A model generated the notes under the pieces. It searched no databases. It was not told where the DNA came from and saw only the letters and a list, made by a program, of their open reading frames with translations. From a virus: a DNA stretch of 64,000 bases. Within the stretch, counting starts at the first letter, position 1; each line of letters starts with the position of its first letter. Positions 15,652 to 24,748 of the stretch are shown piece by piece. Made by a program: the position numbers and the translations under genes. The stretch lies in IMG/VR virus record IMGVR_UViG_3300043775_001610, positions 1 to 64,000 of that record. One strand, written 5' to 3'.

Positions 15652-16932
15652 ATGGCAAGAAAATTTTTAGTTAGCGTTGATCTCAACAAGAATGAGTTGC
15701 TCAATGCTAGAATCCAAAACTTAGGCTCAGCGCCTTCAAATCCAGTATCTGGTCAAATATACTACAATACTGGCACAAATATTCTTTACTTCTACAATGG
15801 AACAGAGTGGACACCCGCATCTGGTTCTACAGAAGTAATTCAAGACATTATTGGTTCGTCCGTATTAGCAGGAACAGCTTTAACCGCAACATACGACGAT
15901 ACCGCAGGCACAACAACATTAAAACTTAATGATACAGCAGTAACTGCTGGATCTTATGGGTCAGCAACAGCAATTCCGACATTTACAGTTGACTCCCAAG
16001 GTCGTTTGACTGCAGCAGGAACAGTAAACGTAGCAACCAATCTTTCAGTTGCTGGAGACACTGGAACAGACACAGTTGACCTTCTTACAGACACACTCAC
16101 AGTTGCTGGCGGAGAAGGAATTGATGTAGCCGTAACGAATAACACAATTACAGTATCTGCAGAAGATGCAACATACACAAATAAAGGTGTTGCTTCATTT
16201 AGCTCAACAGACTTTACAGTCACAGCAGGAGCAGTATCTCTTAATAAAGATCCAGTAATTACACTTTCAGGAGATGTAACTGGTTCTGCAACAATGACCA
16301 ATTTGGGTGATGTAACAATATCAACAACAATTGAGCCAAACTCAGTTGTTCTTGGAACAGACACAACTGGAAGTTACATTTCAACAATTGCTGGAACATC
16401 TGGAGAAATTACAGTTTCAGGATCTGGATCAGAATCAGCAGCAGTAACTATTGGATTGCCAGATGATGTAACAGTTACTGGTAACTTAACCATTGGTGGA
16501 AACCTTGATGTTCAAGGATCTATTAACTCTATAAGCACAACAGAAGTTAATATTGTTGATAATAAAGTTGTTCTTAATACAAATGTTACTGGAGCCCCAT
16601 CAGCAGATGCTGGTCTTAAGGTAAACCGTGGAACCTCTGCAGATGTAGAAGTTTTATGGAATGAGGCGGCAGACCAATGGACATTAACAAATGACGGTAC
16701 AAATTATCATGAGATAACAAGAAAGTATAAGACAACTCTCAATACATCAGCAACATCTTATACAGTAACTCACAATTTAGCAACAAAAGATGTTGTAGTT
16801 TCTATATATGAAGTTGCAGCACCATATGCAGAGATTCTTACAGATATTGAGCATACATCAGACTCAGCAGTAACTATTAAGTTTGCAGTTGCACCAGCAT
16901 CTGGAGAATATAGAGTAGTTGTAATAGGCTAA
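15652..16932 (+). CDS. tail fibre-like virion protein
   Basis: APSNPVSGQIYYNT, AGSYGSATAIPTFTVD..GRLTAA, THNL.TKDVVV; Thr/Gly-rich. Confidence 0.75.
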   Translation: MARKFLVSVDLNKNELLNARIQNLGSAPSNPVSGQIYYNTGTNILYFYNGTEWTPASGSTEVIQDIIGSSVLAGTALTATYDDTAGTTTLKLNDTAVTAGSYGSATAIPTFTVDSQGRLTAAGTVNVATNLSVAGDTGTDTVDLLTDTLTVAGGEGIDVAVTNNTITVSAEDATYTNKGVASFSSTDFTVTAGAVSLNKDPVITLSGDVTGSATMTNLGDVTISTTIEPNSVVLGTDTTGSYISTIAGTSGEITVSGSGSESAAVTIGLPDDVTVTGNLTIGGNLDVQGSINSISTTEVNIVDNKVVLNTNVTGAPSADAGLKVNRGTSADVEVLWNEAADQWTLTNDGTNYHEITRKYKTTLNTSATSYTVTHNLATKDVVVSIYEVAAPYAEILTDIEHTSDSAVTIKFAVAPASGEYRVVVIG

Positions 16933-16939
16933 GTCAAAA

Positions 16940-17404
16940 ATGAAACTTAAGTCTTCGTTAAACCTTCTAACGCTTGCAGAGAATCCATCTGCAGCTTTAG
17001 AAGGTGACGTATACTTTAACATTTTAACAAAAAATATTAGAATATACAATGGAGCAGTTTGGGTAGACATTACTCCTAAAAGCGATGACCCTACTCCATT
17101 TTATATGCACACTCACGCATATGATGGTTCAGTACATACAGTTAATACACAAAATCCTATTAATTTTAAAAATACTAATACAGCACAAAGCGTTTTAGAG
17201 ACTACCCCGCTTGTTTTAGGATTTGACGGTGGTGGACCAGGTGATGAAGTAGATTTTCCTAGGTTTGAAAATCTATCATTACTTTCAGGAGGAGCACCAG
17301 ATTCTTTATACTATCCCGAATCTGATAGTATTGTAATTAATGGTGGGGACTCTTCTGATCAATATTCACCAGTAATAAATGGAGGGGATTCAAGTGGCAA
17401 CTAG
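16940..17404 (+). CDS. minor virion protein
   Basis: P....EGDVYFN......IYNG..W; repeated (D/N)GG motifs. Confidence 0.65.
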   Translation: MKLKSSLNLLTLAENPSAALEGDVYFNILTKNIRIYNGAVWVDITPKSDDPTPFYMHTHAYDGSVHTVNTQNPINFKNTNTAQSVLETTPLVLGFDGGGPGDEVDFPRFENLSLLSGGAPDSLYYPESDSIVINGGDSSDQYSPVINGGDSSGN

Positions 17405-19148
17405 AATTCAATTAAGAAGAGATGTAGAAGATGATTGGTTTAGAGATAACCCAATATTAAGATCTGGAGAAATTGGAATATCTTTAGATTTAAATACATT
17501 TAAAATTGGAGACGGACAAACTCCTTGGAGAGATCTTGATTACGCCTTGGCTGGCACAATTGATGAATATATTCCGTTAAATCAAAAATCAGTTCCTGGT
17601 GGAGTTGCAGCACTAGATTCTGCTGGCAAAGTACCAGATTCTCAAATTCCAGCAGGAATTGCAAGAGATTCAGAAGTATCTTTAGCAATTTCTACAGAGG
17701 TTGAAAATAGAAATTCAGCTATTACAAATGCTATATCAAACCTTATAGATACAGCACCTGATGCATTAAATACTTTAAATGAAATTGCCGCTGCAATTAA
17801 TGATGATGCTTCATACGCTGCAACTATAACAACAGCACTAGGAACAAAAGCTAATTTATCTGATGTTACAGCAGCAACTGCAGCAGCAGCAGCAGATGCT
17901 ACAACAAAGGCTAACGCAGCGCAAGCAGCCGCCGCATCAGATGCTACATCTAAAGCTAGCGCAGCGCAAGCCGCAGCAACTGCTGCAGCCGCATCAGATG
18001 CTACATCTAAAGCTAGCGCAGCTCAAGCAGCAGCTATCTCAGCAGCAGAAACAGATGCTACAACAAAAGCCAACGCAGCTCAAGCAGCAGCTATCTCAGC
18101 AGCAGCAACAGATGCTACAACAAAATCCAGCGCAGCTCAAGCAGCAGCAATATCTGCAGCAGCAACAGATGCTACAACAAAGGCTAACGCAGCACAAGCA
18201 GCAGCAATAACTGCAGCAGGAACAGACGCTACAACTAAGGTAGAAGCAGAAGCAGCACTAAGAGTATCAGGAGATGCAGCTTCAGTATCTACAGCAGCAG
18301 CAGATGCTACAACAAAGGCCAACGCCGCTCAAGCAGCAGCTATCTCAGCAGCAGCAGCAGATGCTACAACAAAGGCTAACGCCGCTCAAGCAGCAGCAAG
18401 CTCTGCGGCAGACACAAAGGTATCATCTGCAATAGCAGCACTTACAAAATCTTCAGTTGGGCTTGCAAATGTTGATAATACAGCAGATGCTTCAAAGCCA
18501 GTGTCTGCAGCACAAGCTACTGCAATCGCAACTGCTAAGTCAGAAGCAATTGCAGATGCAACAGCTCAGGTAAATGCAGTAATCGCATCAGCGCCAGCAG
18601 CACTTAATACTCTAGACGAGCTTGCAGCAGCACTTGGAGACGACGCAAGTTTTGCCGCTACAGTAACAGCTAATCTTTCATCTAAAGCCCCAATTGCCTC
18701 ACCAACATTTACTGGTACAGTATCAGGAATTACAAAGACTATGGTTGGGCTTGGTAATGTTGACAATACTTCTGATACCAACAAACCAATTTCTTCATTA
18801 ACTCAAACTGCTTTAAATGCAAAATCTGATAACTTAATATCTACAGCTGGAACAACAAGTACAAGCTATTCAATAACATCTTCTGATCTTTATAAAAGAA
18901 TAGAGTTTAATTCGGCATCACCAATTACGGTTACTATACCAGCAGATATTACTTTAAACCTACCAATTGGCTCTAGTATTGAATTGCTTCAAGCAAATAC
19001 TGGAAAGATAACTGTTCAGGGAGAGAGTGTATCTGTTTTAATTTATGGACCAGACAATCAATTTAAATCCAGAGTACAGTGGTCATCAATATTTATTGAA
19101 AAAAGAGCAGCAAACAGCTGGTTGGTAACTGGCGATACGGAAGCCTAA
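17394..19148 (+). CDS. tail fibre protein with Mtd-N-like N-terminus and Ala-rich repeats
   Basis: GTG start after GGAGG; TRIQLRR....W...NPIL..GEIG...D...FKIGDG..W; ADATTKANAAQAAA repeats; AP..LNTL.E.A..L.DD. Confidence 0.8.
   Translation: MATRIQLRRDVEDDWFRDNPILRSGEIGISLDLNTFKIGDGQTPWRDLDYALAGTIDEYIPLNQKSVPGGVAALDSAGKVPDSQIPAGIARDSEVSLAISTEVENRNSAITNAISNLIDTAPDALNTLNEIAAAINDDASYAATITTALGTKANLSDVTAATAAAAADATTKANAAQAAAASDATSKASAAQAAATAAAASDATSKASAAQAAAISAAETDATTKANAAQAAAISAAATDATTKSSAAQAAAISAAATDATTKANAAQAAAITAAGTDATTKVEAEAALRVSGDAASVSTAAADATTKANAAQAAAISAAAADATTKANAAQAAASSAADTKVSSAIAALTKSSVGLANVDNTADASKPVSAAQATAIATAKSEAIADATAQVNAVIASAPAALNTLDELAAALGDDASFAATVTANLSSKAPIASPTFTGTVSGITKTMVGLGNVDNTSDTNKPISSLTQTALNAKSDNLISTAGTTSTSYSITSSDLYKRIEFNSASPITVTIPADITLNLPIGSSIELLQANTGKITVQGESVSVLIYGPDNQFKSRVQWSSIFIEKRAANSWLVTGDTEA
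17870..18420 (+). repeat. degenerate tandem repeat encoding (A)DATTKANAAQAAAISAA
   Basis: GATGCTACAACAAA(A/G)GC(T/C)AACGC units; also present in 23040-23900. Confidence 0.85.
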
Positions 19149-20731
19149 TGAGAAGTGCTAAAAAGAAAAGGGTTGTTAACTCTAAGCTTAAAGCATATCA
19201 GCAGTTTTTAGATAGTTTTGGCGGTGTAACATTAAAAGCTGGATGGAAGTCTTACAGGGGATCCTGGGTTCTAGGTACTGGAGTTGCTATAAGTAGCTCA
19301 GACCCATCTACATATGCAATATCTGGAGTTAAGCTTTCGCTTCCAAATCTTACTGCATCTGCTGGAGTTACTGGTGGAACGGGATTAACATATTGGGTAT
19401 CAGATGCTAATAGCTGGGTTGCTTCTGTTTCTTACAATACTACATCTACAAGCTATCCATGCAATACTGGTTTAGTAACTAATGGAAGTAATCCACCATC
19501 TGCAAATTGTTGTGGAGGCGTTTCAACAATAGCTGGATCTGCTCCATATCAGTATGCAGCACAATTAAACCCTGCTTATTCTTTTTCATATTCAGCGGAA
19601 TTAAATCCTGCTTATTCATTTTCATATTCAGCGCAATTAAATCCCGCTTATTCATTTTCATATTCAGCGCAACTTAGCCCTTCTTATTCTTTTTCTTACG
19701 GTGCTGCATACCAGAATCCTTCTTCATCTAGCTACGCAGCATACAATCAGCCAGCATCAAGTTTTACATATAGCGCAAGCAGTTCTTACACAGCCGAAAC
19801 AAGGTGTTGTGGAGTTTTTAATATTTCTAAGGATTTTTATCAAAGAACAAATGGAATACCTTTATGTTCTCAATGCAGCGGGCCATGTGAAGAAACATAT
19901 TCTTTTAGCCAATGTTGTCCTTCAGGTACAACAAAATCAGGTGCAACATGTTATTACCCAGCCTCAGTTACACTGTCTTGCCCTTCTGGAGGAACCTTGT
20001 CTGGAAGTACTTGTACTGTAAGTACGCCAGCATCAACCACCTGTCCTTCAGGAGGAACTTTATCTGGAAATAATTGCATAGTTGATGTGCCTGGATACTA
20101 CTATTGCCCTTCAGGTGGAAACCTAAGTGGGTCTACTTGCACTGTTTCTGTAGCTGCTAGCTACAGCTGCCCTTCAGGCGGTAGCCTAAGTGGGTCTACT
20201 TGCACTGTTTCTGTACCTGCTAGCTACAGCTGCCCTTCAGGTGGTAGCCTAAGTGGGTCTACTTGCACTGTTTCTGTACCTGCTAGCTACAGCTGCCCTT
20301 CAGGTGGTAGCCTAAGTGGGTCTACTTGCACTGTTTCTGTACCTGCTAGCTACAGCTGCCCTTCAGGTGGCTCTTTGTCTGGCACAACATGCTATGTTGG
20401 CCCTGGACCAACTCAGTACAGCTGTTACACTCAAACAACAACGCAAACAAATTATAATTATTATTTAAATGTAATAAAATCAATCGGAGGAGTAGTAAGC
20501 TCAGTCGGTACAGATGTTGCATTGCCTTCACAGCCACTAGCAATAAAAGTTATTATTTCAGGAACAAATGTAAGATCTATTGCATATTCTACAATAGGAA
20601 TGACTAATTCTATAGGAGAAAGATCAGACACAATTACTTCACCGAATAGGACAGGCGTGGTTGGAATAATAAAATCTCCGTCTCCATATAATCAAGGCTC
20701 GACAGTTTCTAACTTTTCTGCTACAATATAA
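19148..20731 (+). CDS. Cys-rich repeat virion/adhesin-like protein
   Basis: 36-bp YxAQLNPAYSFS repeats, central Cys cluster, eight CPSG..LSG.TC units, beta-rich flanks. Confidence 0.75.
   Translation: MRSAKKKRVVNSKLKAYQQFLDSFGGVTLKAGWKSYRGSWVLGTGVAISSSDPSTYAISGVKLSLPNLTASAGVTGGTGLTYWVSDANSWVASVSYNTTSTSYPCNTGLVTNGSNPPSANCCGGVSTIAGSAPYQYAAQLNPAYSFSYSAELNPAYSFSYSAQLNPAYSFSYSAQLSPSYSFSYGAAYQNPSSSSYAAYNQPASSFTYSASSSYTAETRCCGVFNISKDFYQRTNGIPLCSQCSGPCEETYSFSQCCPSGTTKSGATCYYPASVTLSCPSGGTLSGSTCTVSTPASTTCPSGGTLSGNNCIVDVPGYYYCPSGGNLSGSTCTVSVAASYSCPSGGSLSGSTCTVSVPASYSCPSGGSLSGSTCTVSVPASYSCPSGGSLSGSTCTVSVPASYSCPSGGSLSGTTCYVGPGPTQYSCYTQTTTQTNYNYYLNVIKSIGGVVSSVGTDVALPSQPLAIKVIISGTNVRSIAYSTIGMTNSIGERSDTITSPNRTGVVGIIKSPSPYNQGSTVSNFSATI
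19553..19696 (+). repeat. 4 x 36-bp tandem repeat
   Basis: TATTCAGCGCAATTAAATCCCGCTTATTCATTTTCA-like units. Confidence 0.9.
19977..20395 (+). repeat. 63-bp tandem repeat (CPSGGSLSGSTCTVSVPASYS)
   Basis: Seven units, last ones near-identical (CTACAGCTGC at 20161, 20224, 20287, 20350). Confidence 0.9.
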
Positions 20732-20753
20732 ATATAAACAGAAAGAGATAATA

Positions 20754-21002
20754 ATGAAAAATCCATACATGAGGGGTGCCAGACCCTGGGATCTTTTTAA
20801 TAAAGAGCTTGGAAGGGTAGATGAAGATTTAGCCCAAGAGCGACTTGAGATATGTAAAGTTTGTCCAGAGCTTATTAAAGCAACATCTCAGTGTAAAAAG
20901 TGTGGATGTATCATGAATCTAAAAACAAAATTACCAAACGCCAGTTGCCCCCTAGGTAAGTGGTCTGCAGTTAATCCAGATGAAAATGAGGAAATTATAT
21001 AA
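20754..21002 (+). CDS. small Cys-rich protein (DUF6171-like)
   Basis: RPWD...R..IC..CP......QCKKCGC.M..KTKL....CP..KW. Confidence 0.75.
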   Translation: MKNPYMRGARPWDLFNKELGRVDEDLAQERLEICKVCPELIKATSQCKKCGCIMNLKTKLPNASCPLGKWSAVNPDENEEII

Positions 21003-21280
21003 TGGAAAATCCACCAATTAAAGTTGCTTTTGTTATTGATGGCAAAGTTGTAGACGTTTTACACACAGATGAAAGACTCGCTTCAATATTTTTGAGTGAC
21101 CCAGTAGTTATAGATGTAACTGAAATTTATGCCAACGGAGGAGTTGGTATTAATATGACAAACTGGGATTGGGATGGAGAGAATTTTTCATACCCAGCAT
21201 CATCATCAATTGGCTCACCAACAGAAGAAGAGCTCTTAGCAGAAGATTTAGCAATAGAAGAAGCAGACAAGCAACTTTAA
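21002..21280 (+). CDS. small acidic protein (IDG.V...W.WDG..F..P)
   Basis: ORF track; resembles 28521-28967. Confidence 0.7.
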   Translation: MENPPIKVAFVIDGKVVDVLHTDERLASIFLSDPVVIDVTEIYANGGVGINMTNWDWDGENFSYPASSSIGSPTEEELLAEDLAIEEADKQL

Positions 21281-21299
21281 TTATTTAGAAGGGTCGGAT

Positions 21300-21983
21300 A
21301 TGAAGAAAAAAATTCTTAAGTTTGCTATGTACGATGAAGTCTTTAGTCCGATAGTTCCAATAAAATCTTTAGTTCCTGACTGGTATAAGTCTATAGATAA
21401 GTTTAAAGATGGAGCAAAGCAGTATAGCCTTAACCCACCAAATGTAACGGTAAAAGTTTGTGGTCCATATATGGATTCAATGCTTACTGGTTATGCTTTA
21501 ACTGCACCTATAGATTTTTTAGTTGAAATAGAAGATGGAAAGCCAAAGATTAGACATAGGCTAGATGGACGTTTTTTTGGAGAAAGATCTGCAAACCAAG
21601 AAGTTCCAGCTCCTCCAGGATTTTATAGTCAGCAGTTTGCTTGGGAGTCAAAAGTTGCAATCAGCATACCAGAAGGTTATAGTTTTTTGTTTACCCATCC
21701 TTTAAATAGGGTTGACCTTCCATTCTATACCCTTTCTGGAATAGTAGATGGGCCGTATGACATGCAGCCAGGAAACTTCCCATTCTACATAAGAAAAGGA
21801 TTCTCTGGGGTAATTGAGGCTGGCACACCAATAGCTCAAATTATACCAATTAAAAGAGAGCCCTGGAAAGCTATTTCAGATTTAGATATCATTAAGGATG
21901 CAGAAAGAAACCATAAGCTTTCCAATAAGTCTATGATTGGCTGGTACAAGCAGAATATATGGCAAAGAAAGAGCTACGAGTAA
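21300..21983 (+). CDS. DUF6065-related / dUTPase-like beta protein
   Basis: PDWYK...TVK.C.P..D.M.TGY...P.D...P.GYS.LFTHP.NR...G.VD...GTPIAQIIP.KRE.W; paralog of 30611-31330. Confidence 0.7.
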   Translation: MKKKILKFAMYDEVFSPIVPIKSLVPDWYKSIDKFKDGAKQYSLNPPNVTVKVCGPYMDSMLTGYALTAPIDFLVEIEDGKPKIRHRLDGRFFGERSANQEVPAPPGFYSQQFAWESKVAISIPEGYSFLFTHPLNRVDLPFYTLSGIVDGPYDMQPGNFPFYIRKGFSGVIEAGTPIAQIIPIKREPWKAISDLDIIKDAERNHKLSNKSMIGWYKQNIWQRKSYE

Positions 21984-22083
21984 TACAAGCTTTTATAAGC
22001 CCCTTCTTAAAAATAAAAAATATTTAAATTATAATTTTTTATAATGTATAATTAAACCATAAGCAACACTGCCTGGAGGCAAA

Positions 22084-22635
22084 ATGGCAACAAGTTACCC
22101 AACATCAAAAGACAATTTTACTAATCCTGCCGCAACTGAATCAATGGAAGGCCATGCAACGTTGCACGGCAACGTCAATGATGCAATTGAGGCAATTGAA
22201 AACAAGCTTGGCGTAAACGGATCAACAGATGTAAACTCGATAGACTACAAGGTTTCTCAGCTAGAAACAAGCTTAGCTACTCTTGATGCAGAAAACGCTT
22301 CAGAACTTTTGGGGCTAGATGGAAACAACGATCTAACTATAGACGGAATAGAAAACAAAACAGCTATAGATTCATTCTCAAAGACGGTATATAAGACAGT
22401 TAGATACTCCCTGCAGATTGATAAGTCTGTTGGAAACTTAACACACACTTCAACTATTGTACTGCTTAACGATGGAACCAATGTTTACATTTCAGAATCA
22501 GACATAGTGTCAAACACAGATTTATCTTTAGCTACAGTTACTTTTGAAGAAAATAGCGGTATAATAAGTTTGTGCGTAACTCCTGTTTCAGGATCAGTAA
22601 AAGTAAGATATTTTAGAACAGCATTAAAAGCATAA
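22084..22635 (+). CDS. minor virion protein
   Basis: MAT.YP.S.D.F.NP......HA..H.N.NDAIEAIE.KLG; C-terminal IDSF....Y....Y..Q domain. Confidence 0.7.
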   Translation: MATSYPTSKDNFTNPAATESMEGHATLHGNVNDAIEAIENKLGVNGSTDVNSIDYKVSQLETSLATLDAENASELLGLDGNNDLTIDGIENKTAIDSFSKTVYKTVRYSLQIDKSVGNLTHTSTIVLLNDGTNVYISESDIVSNTDLSLATVTFEENSGIISLCVTPVSGSVKVRYFRTALKA

Positions 22636-22661
22636 AAAAGCAGTAAAAGGGAGTCATATCA

Positions 22662-24260
22662 ATGGCAACAGTAAATAAAAACTTTAGAATTAAAAATGGG
22701 CTTATCGTTGAGGGTGGCACAGCTACCGTTAACGGTTTTGGTGTATTAACCAAGGCCCAAGCAGACCAAGACTACATTGTTGGTATTATTGGTGGTACAG
22801 CAACTTCAGCCAATACAGCAAATACAGTAGTAAAACGCGATGCCAATGGCAATTTTGCCGCAGGAACAATTACTGCTACATTTGTTGGTAACCTTACTGG
22901 TGATGTAACAGGTACAGTTTCAAGTCTTTCAAATCATGACACAGCAGACCTTGCAGAAAATCCAGCAAACAAATATTTTACAGATGCTCGTGCATTGTCA
23001 GCAACAGCCGCAGCATACGATGCAGCAGGCTCAGCAGCAGCAGCACAGTCAGCAGCAATTACTGCAGCAGCAACAGATGCTACAACTAAGGTAGCAGCAG
23101 AAGCAGCACTTAGAGTATCAGGCGACGCAGCTTCAGTATCAACTGCAGCAGCAGATGCAACATCTAAGGCTAACGCAGCTCAAGCAGCAGCAGAAGCAAC
23201 CGCAGCAGCAGATGCAACATCTAAGGCTAACGCAGCTCAAGCAGCAGCTATCTCAGCAGCAGCAGCAGATGCTACTACAAAAGCCAACGCAGCACAGTCT
23301 GCAGCAGCAACAGATGCTACTACAAAAGCCAACGCCGCTCAAGCAGCAGCCGAAGCAACAGCAGCAGCAGCGCTTTCATCTGCAATCTCAACAGAGGTTT
23401 CAAACCGTAACTCAGCAATTTCAACTGCAGTAGATTCATTAGTGGATGGCGCACCATCACTTCTTAACACATTAAATGAATTAGCAGCAGCAATCAATGA
23501 TGATGCTAATTACACAACAACTATAACAACAGCCCTTGGAACAAAGGCTAACTCAGCTCAAGTAACAACAGATATCGCGGCAGCAGTTTCAACAGCCGCA
23601 TCAGATGCTACTACAAAAGCTAACGCAGCTCAAGCAGCAGCAGAAGCAACCGCAGCAGCAGATGCAACATCTAAGGCTAACGCAGCTCAAGCAGCAGCAG
23701 AAGCAACAGCAGCAGCAGCGCTTTCAACACACAGCGCAGATACAACAAACATTCACGGAATTGCAGATACTTCACTTCTAGCAACTACAGCAAATGTAGC
23801 AACAGCAGTCTCAACAGCCGCATCAGATGCTACTACAAAAGCTAACGCAGCTCAAGCAGCAGCAGAAGCAACAGCAGCAGCAGCTAATGCAGCTCAGCAA
23901 AATGGAACTACATCATTTACAGCAATTAATTACAATGATGTTGCTAAGCAGGTTGCAGCAACAACTGGAAATATTGCGGTGGCAGCAGAAACAACAGCTA
24001 TCTCATGGGTAGCAGCAGACTACAGAAGCGCTAAGTTTGTAGTAAAAGTAAAAAATGGTGTACATACTCAGGTTTCAGACCTAGTAGTAACCCTTGATAC
24101 TGCAAATAACGTAGCAGTTTCTGAATATGGAATTACATATTCAAACGGAACAGAATTGGCTGCAGTTTCAGCAGATTATTCTGGATCAGATGTAAGAATT
24201 AGAGTAACACCAGCAAACGCTAACACAGAAGTTGTGGTTGTTGGAACGCTAATTAAATAA
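22662..24260 (+). CDS. tail fibre protein with Ala-rich repeats
   Basis: KNF.IKNGL.V, ATSANTA..VV.RD..GNF.AGTITA, ADATTKANAAQAAA repeats, YRSAKF C-terminal domain. Confidence 0.8.
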   Translation: MATVNKNFRIKNGLIVEGGTATVNGFGVLTKAQADQDYIVGIIGGTATSANTANTVVKRDANGNFAAGTITATFVGNLTGDVTGTVSSLSNHDTADLAENPANKYFTDARALSATAAAYDAAGSAAAAQSAAITAAATDATTKVAAEAALRVSGDAASVSTAAADATSKANAAQAAAEATAAADATSKANAAQAAAISAAAADATTKANAAQSAAATDATTKANAAQAAAEATAAAALSSAISTEVSNRNSAISTAVDSLVDGAPSLLNTLNELAAAINDDANYTTTITTALGTKANSAQVTTDIAAAVSTAASDATTKANAAQAAAEATAAADATSKANAAQAAAEATAAAALSTHSADTTNIHGIADTSLLATTANVATAVSTAASDATTKANAAQAAAEATAAAANAAQQNGTTSFTAINYNDVAKQVAATTGNIAVAAETTAISWVAADYRSAKFVVKVKNGVHTQVSDLVVTLDTANNVAVSEYGITYSNGTELAAVSADYSGSDVRIRVTPANANTEVVVVGTLIK

Positions 24261-24274
24261 TTAAATAAAGGTTT

Positions 24275-24299
24275 TGGGGGATTCCTTAAAAATCCCCCA
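24275..24299 (+). terminator. GC hairpin
   Basis: TGGGGGATT...AATCCCCCA after the fibre gene. Confidence 0.5.
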
Positions 24300-24329
24300 C
24301 AAAAACAATTAGGGGATATGTGAACTTAA

Positions 24330-24695
24330 ATGGCAACAGTAGATAAAAATTTTAAAGTAAAAAATGGACTCAATGTAGCAGGCACTGCCACATTTGGGTC
24401 TAACGTCGTTTTAGGCGAAACACCCCTTAGATTTGATACAGCAACAAGCAAGCTACAAATACAGCTAAATGGAACATGGGTTCCAATAGCTTTCAATTCA
24501 GATATTCCAGATACAAGTACAACAATTAGTTTTATGGATATTGGATTAGCCATTGATTATAATGGTCAGCCAATATATACAGTACAGGCAAATGGAGTTA
24601 CTCCTGAAGCAACAAGCAAGTTTGTAGATGGCGGATCGCCATCATCTACAGATGCCGATGTTTCTATGGTTTTTGACTCTGGATCTATATCTTAA
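24330..24695 (+). CDS. minor virion protein
   Basis: MATVDKNFKVKNGL.V N-terminus shared with 22662. Confidence 0.7.
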   Translation: MATVDKNFKVKNGLNVAGTATFGSNVVLGETPLRFDTATSKLQIQLNGTWVPIAFNSDIPDTSTTISFMDIGLAIDYNGQPIYTVQANGVTPEATSKFVDGGSPSSTDADVSMVFDSGSIS

Positions 24696-24748
24696 AGCAA
24701 TAAATGATACAATAAGCAGTATAAATAAAATATATAAGGGGTAACAAA

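Noticed and set aside
17863-24012. Poly-Gln ORFs at 17863, 23155 and 23827
   Set aside because: Alternate-frame reading of GCA-rich Ala repeats in the fibre genes.
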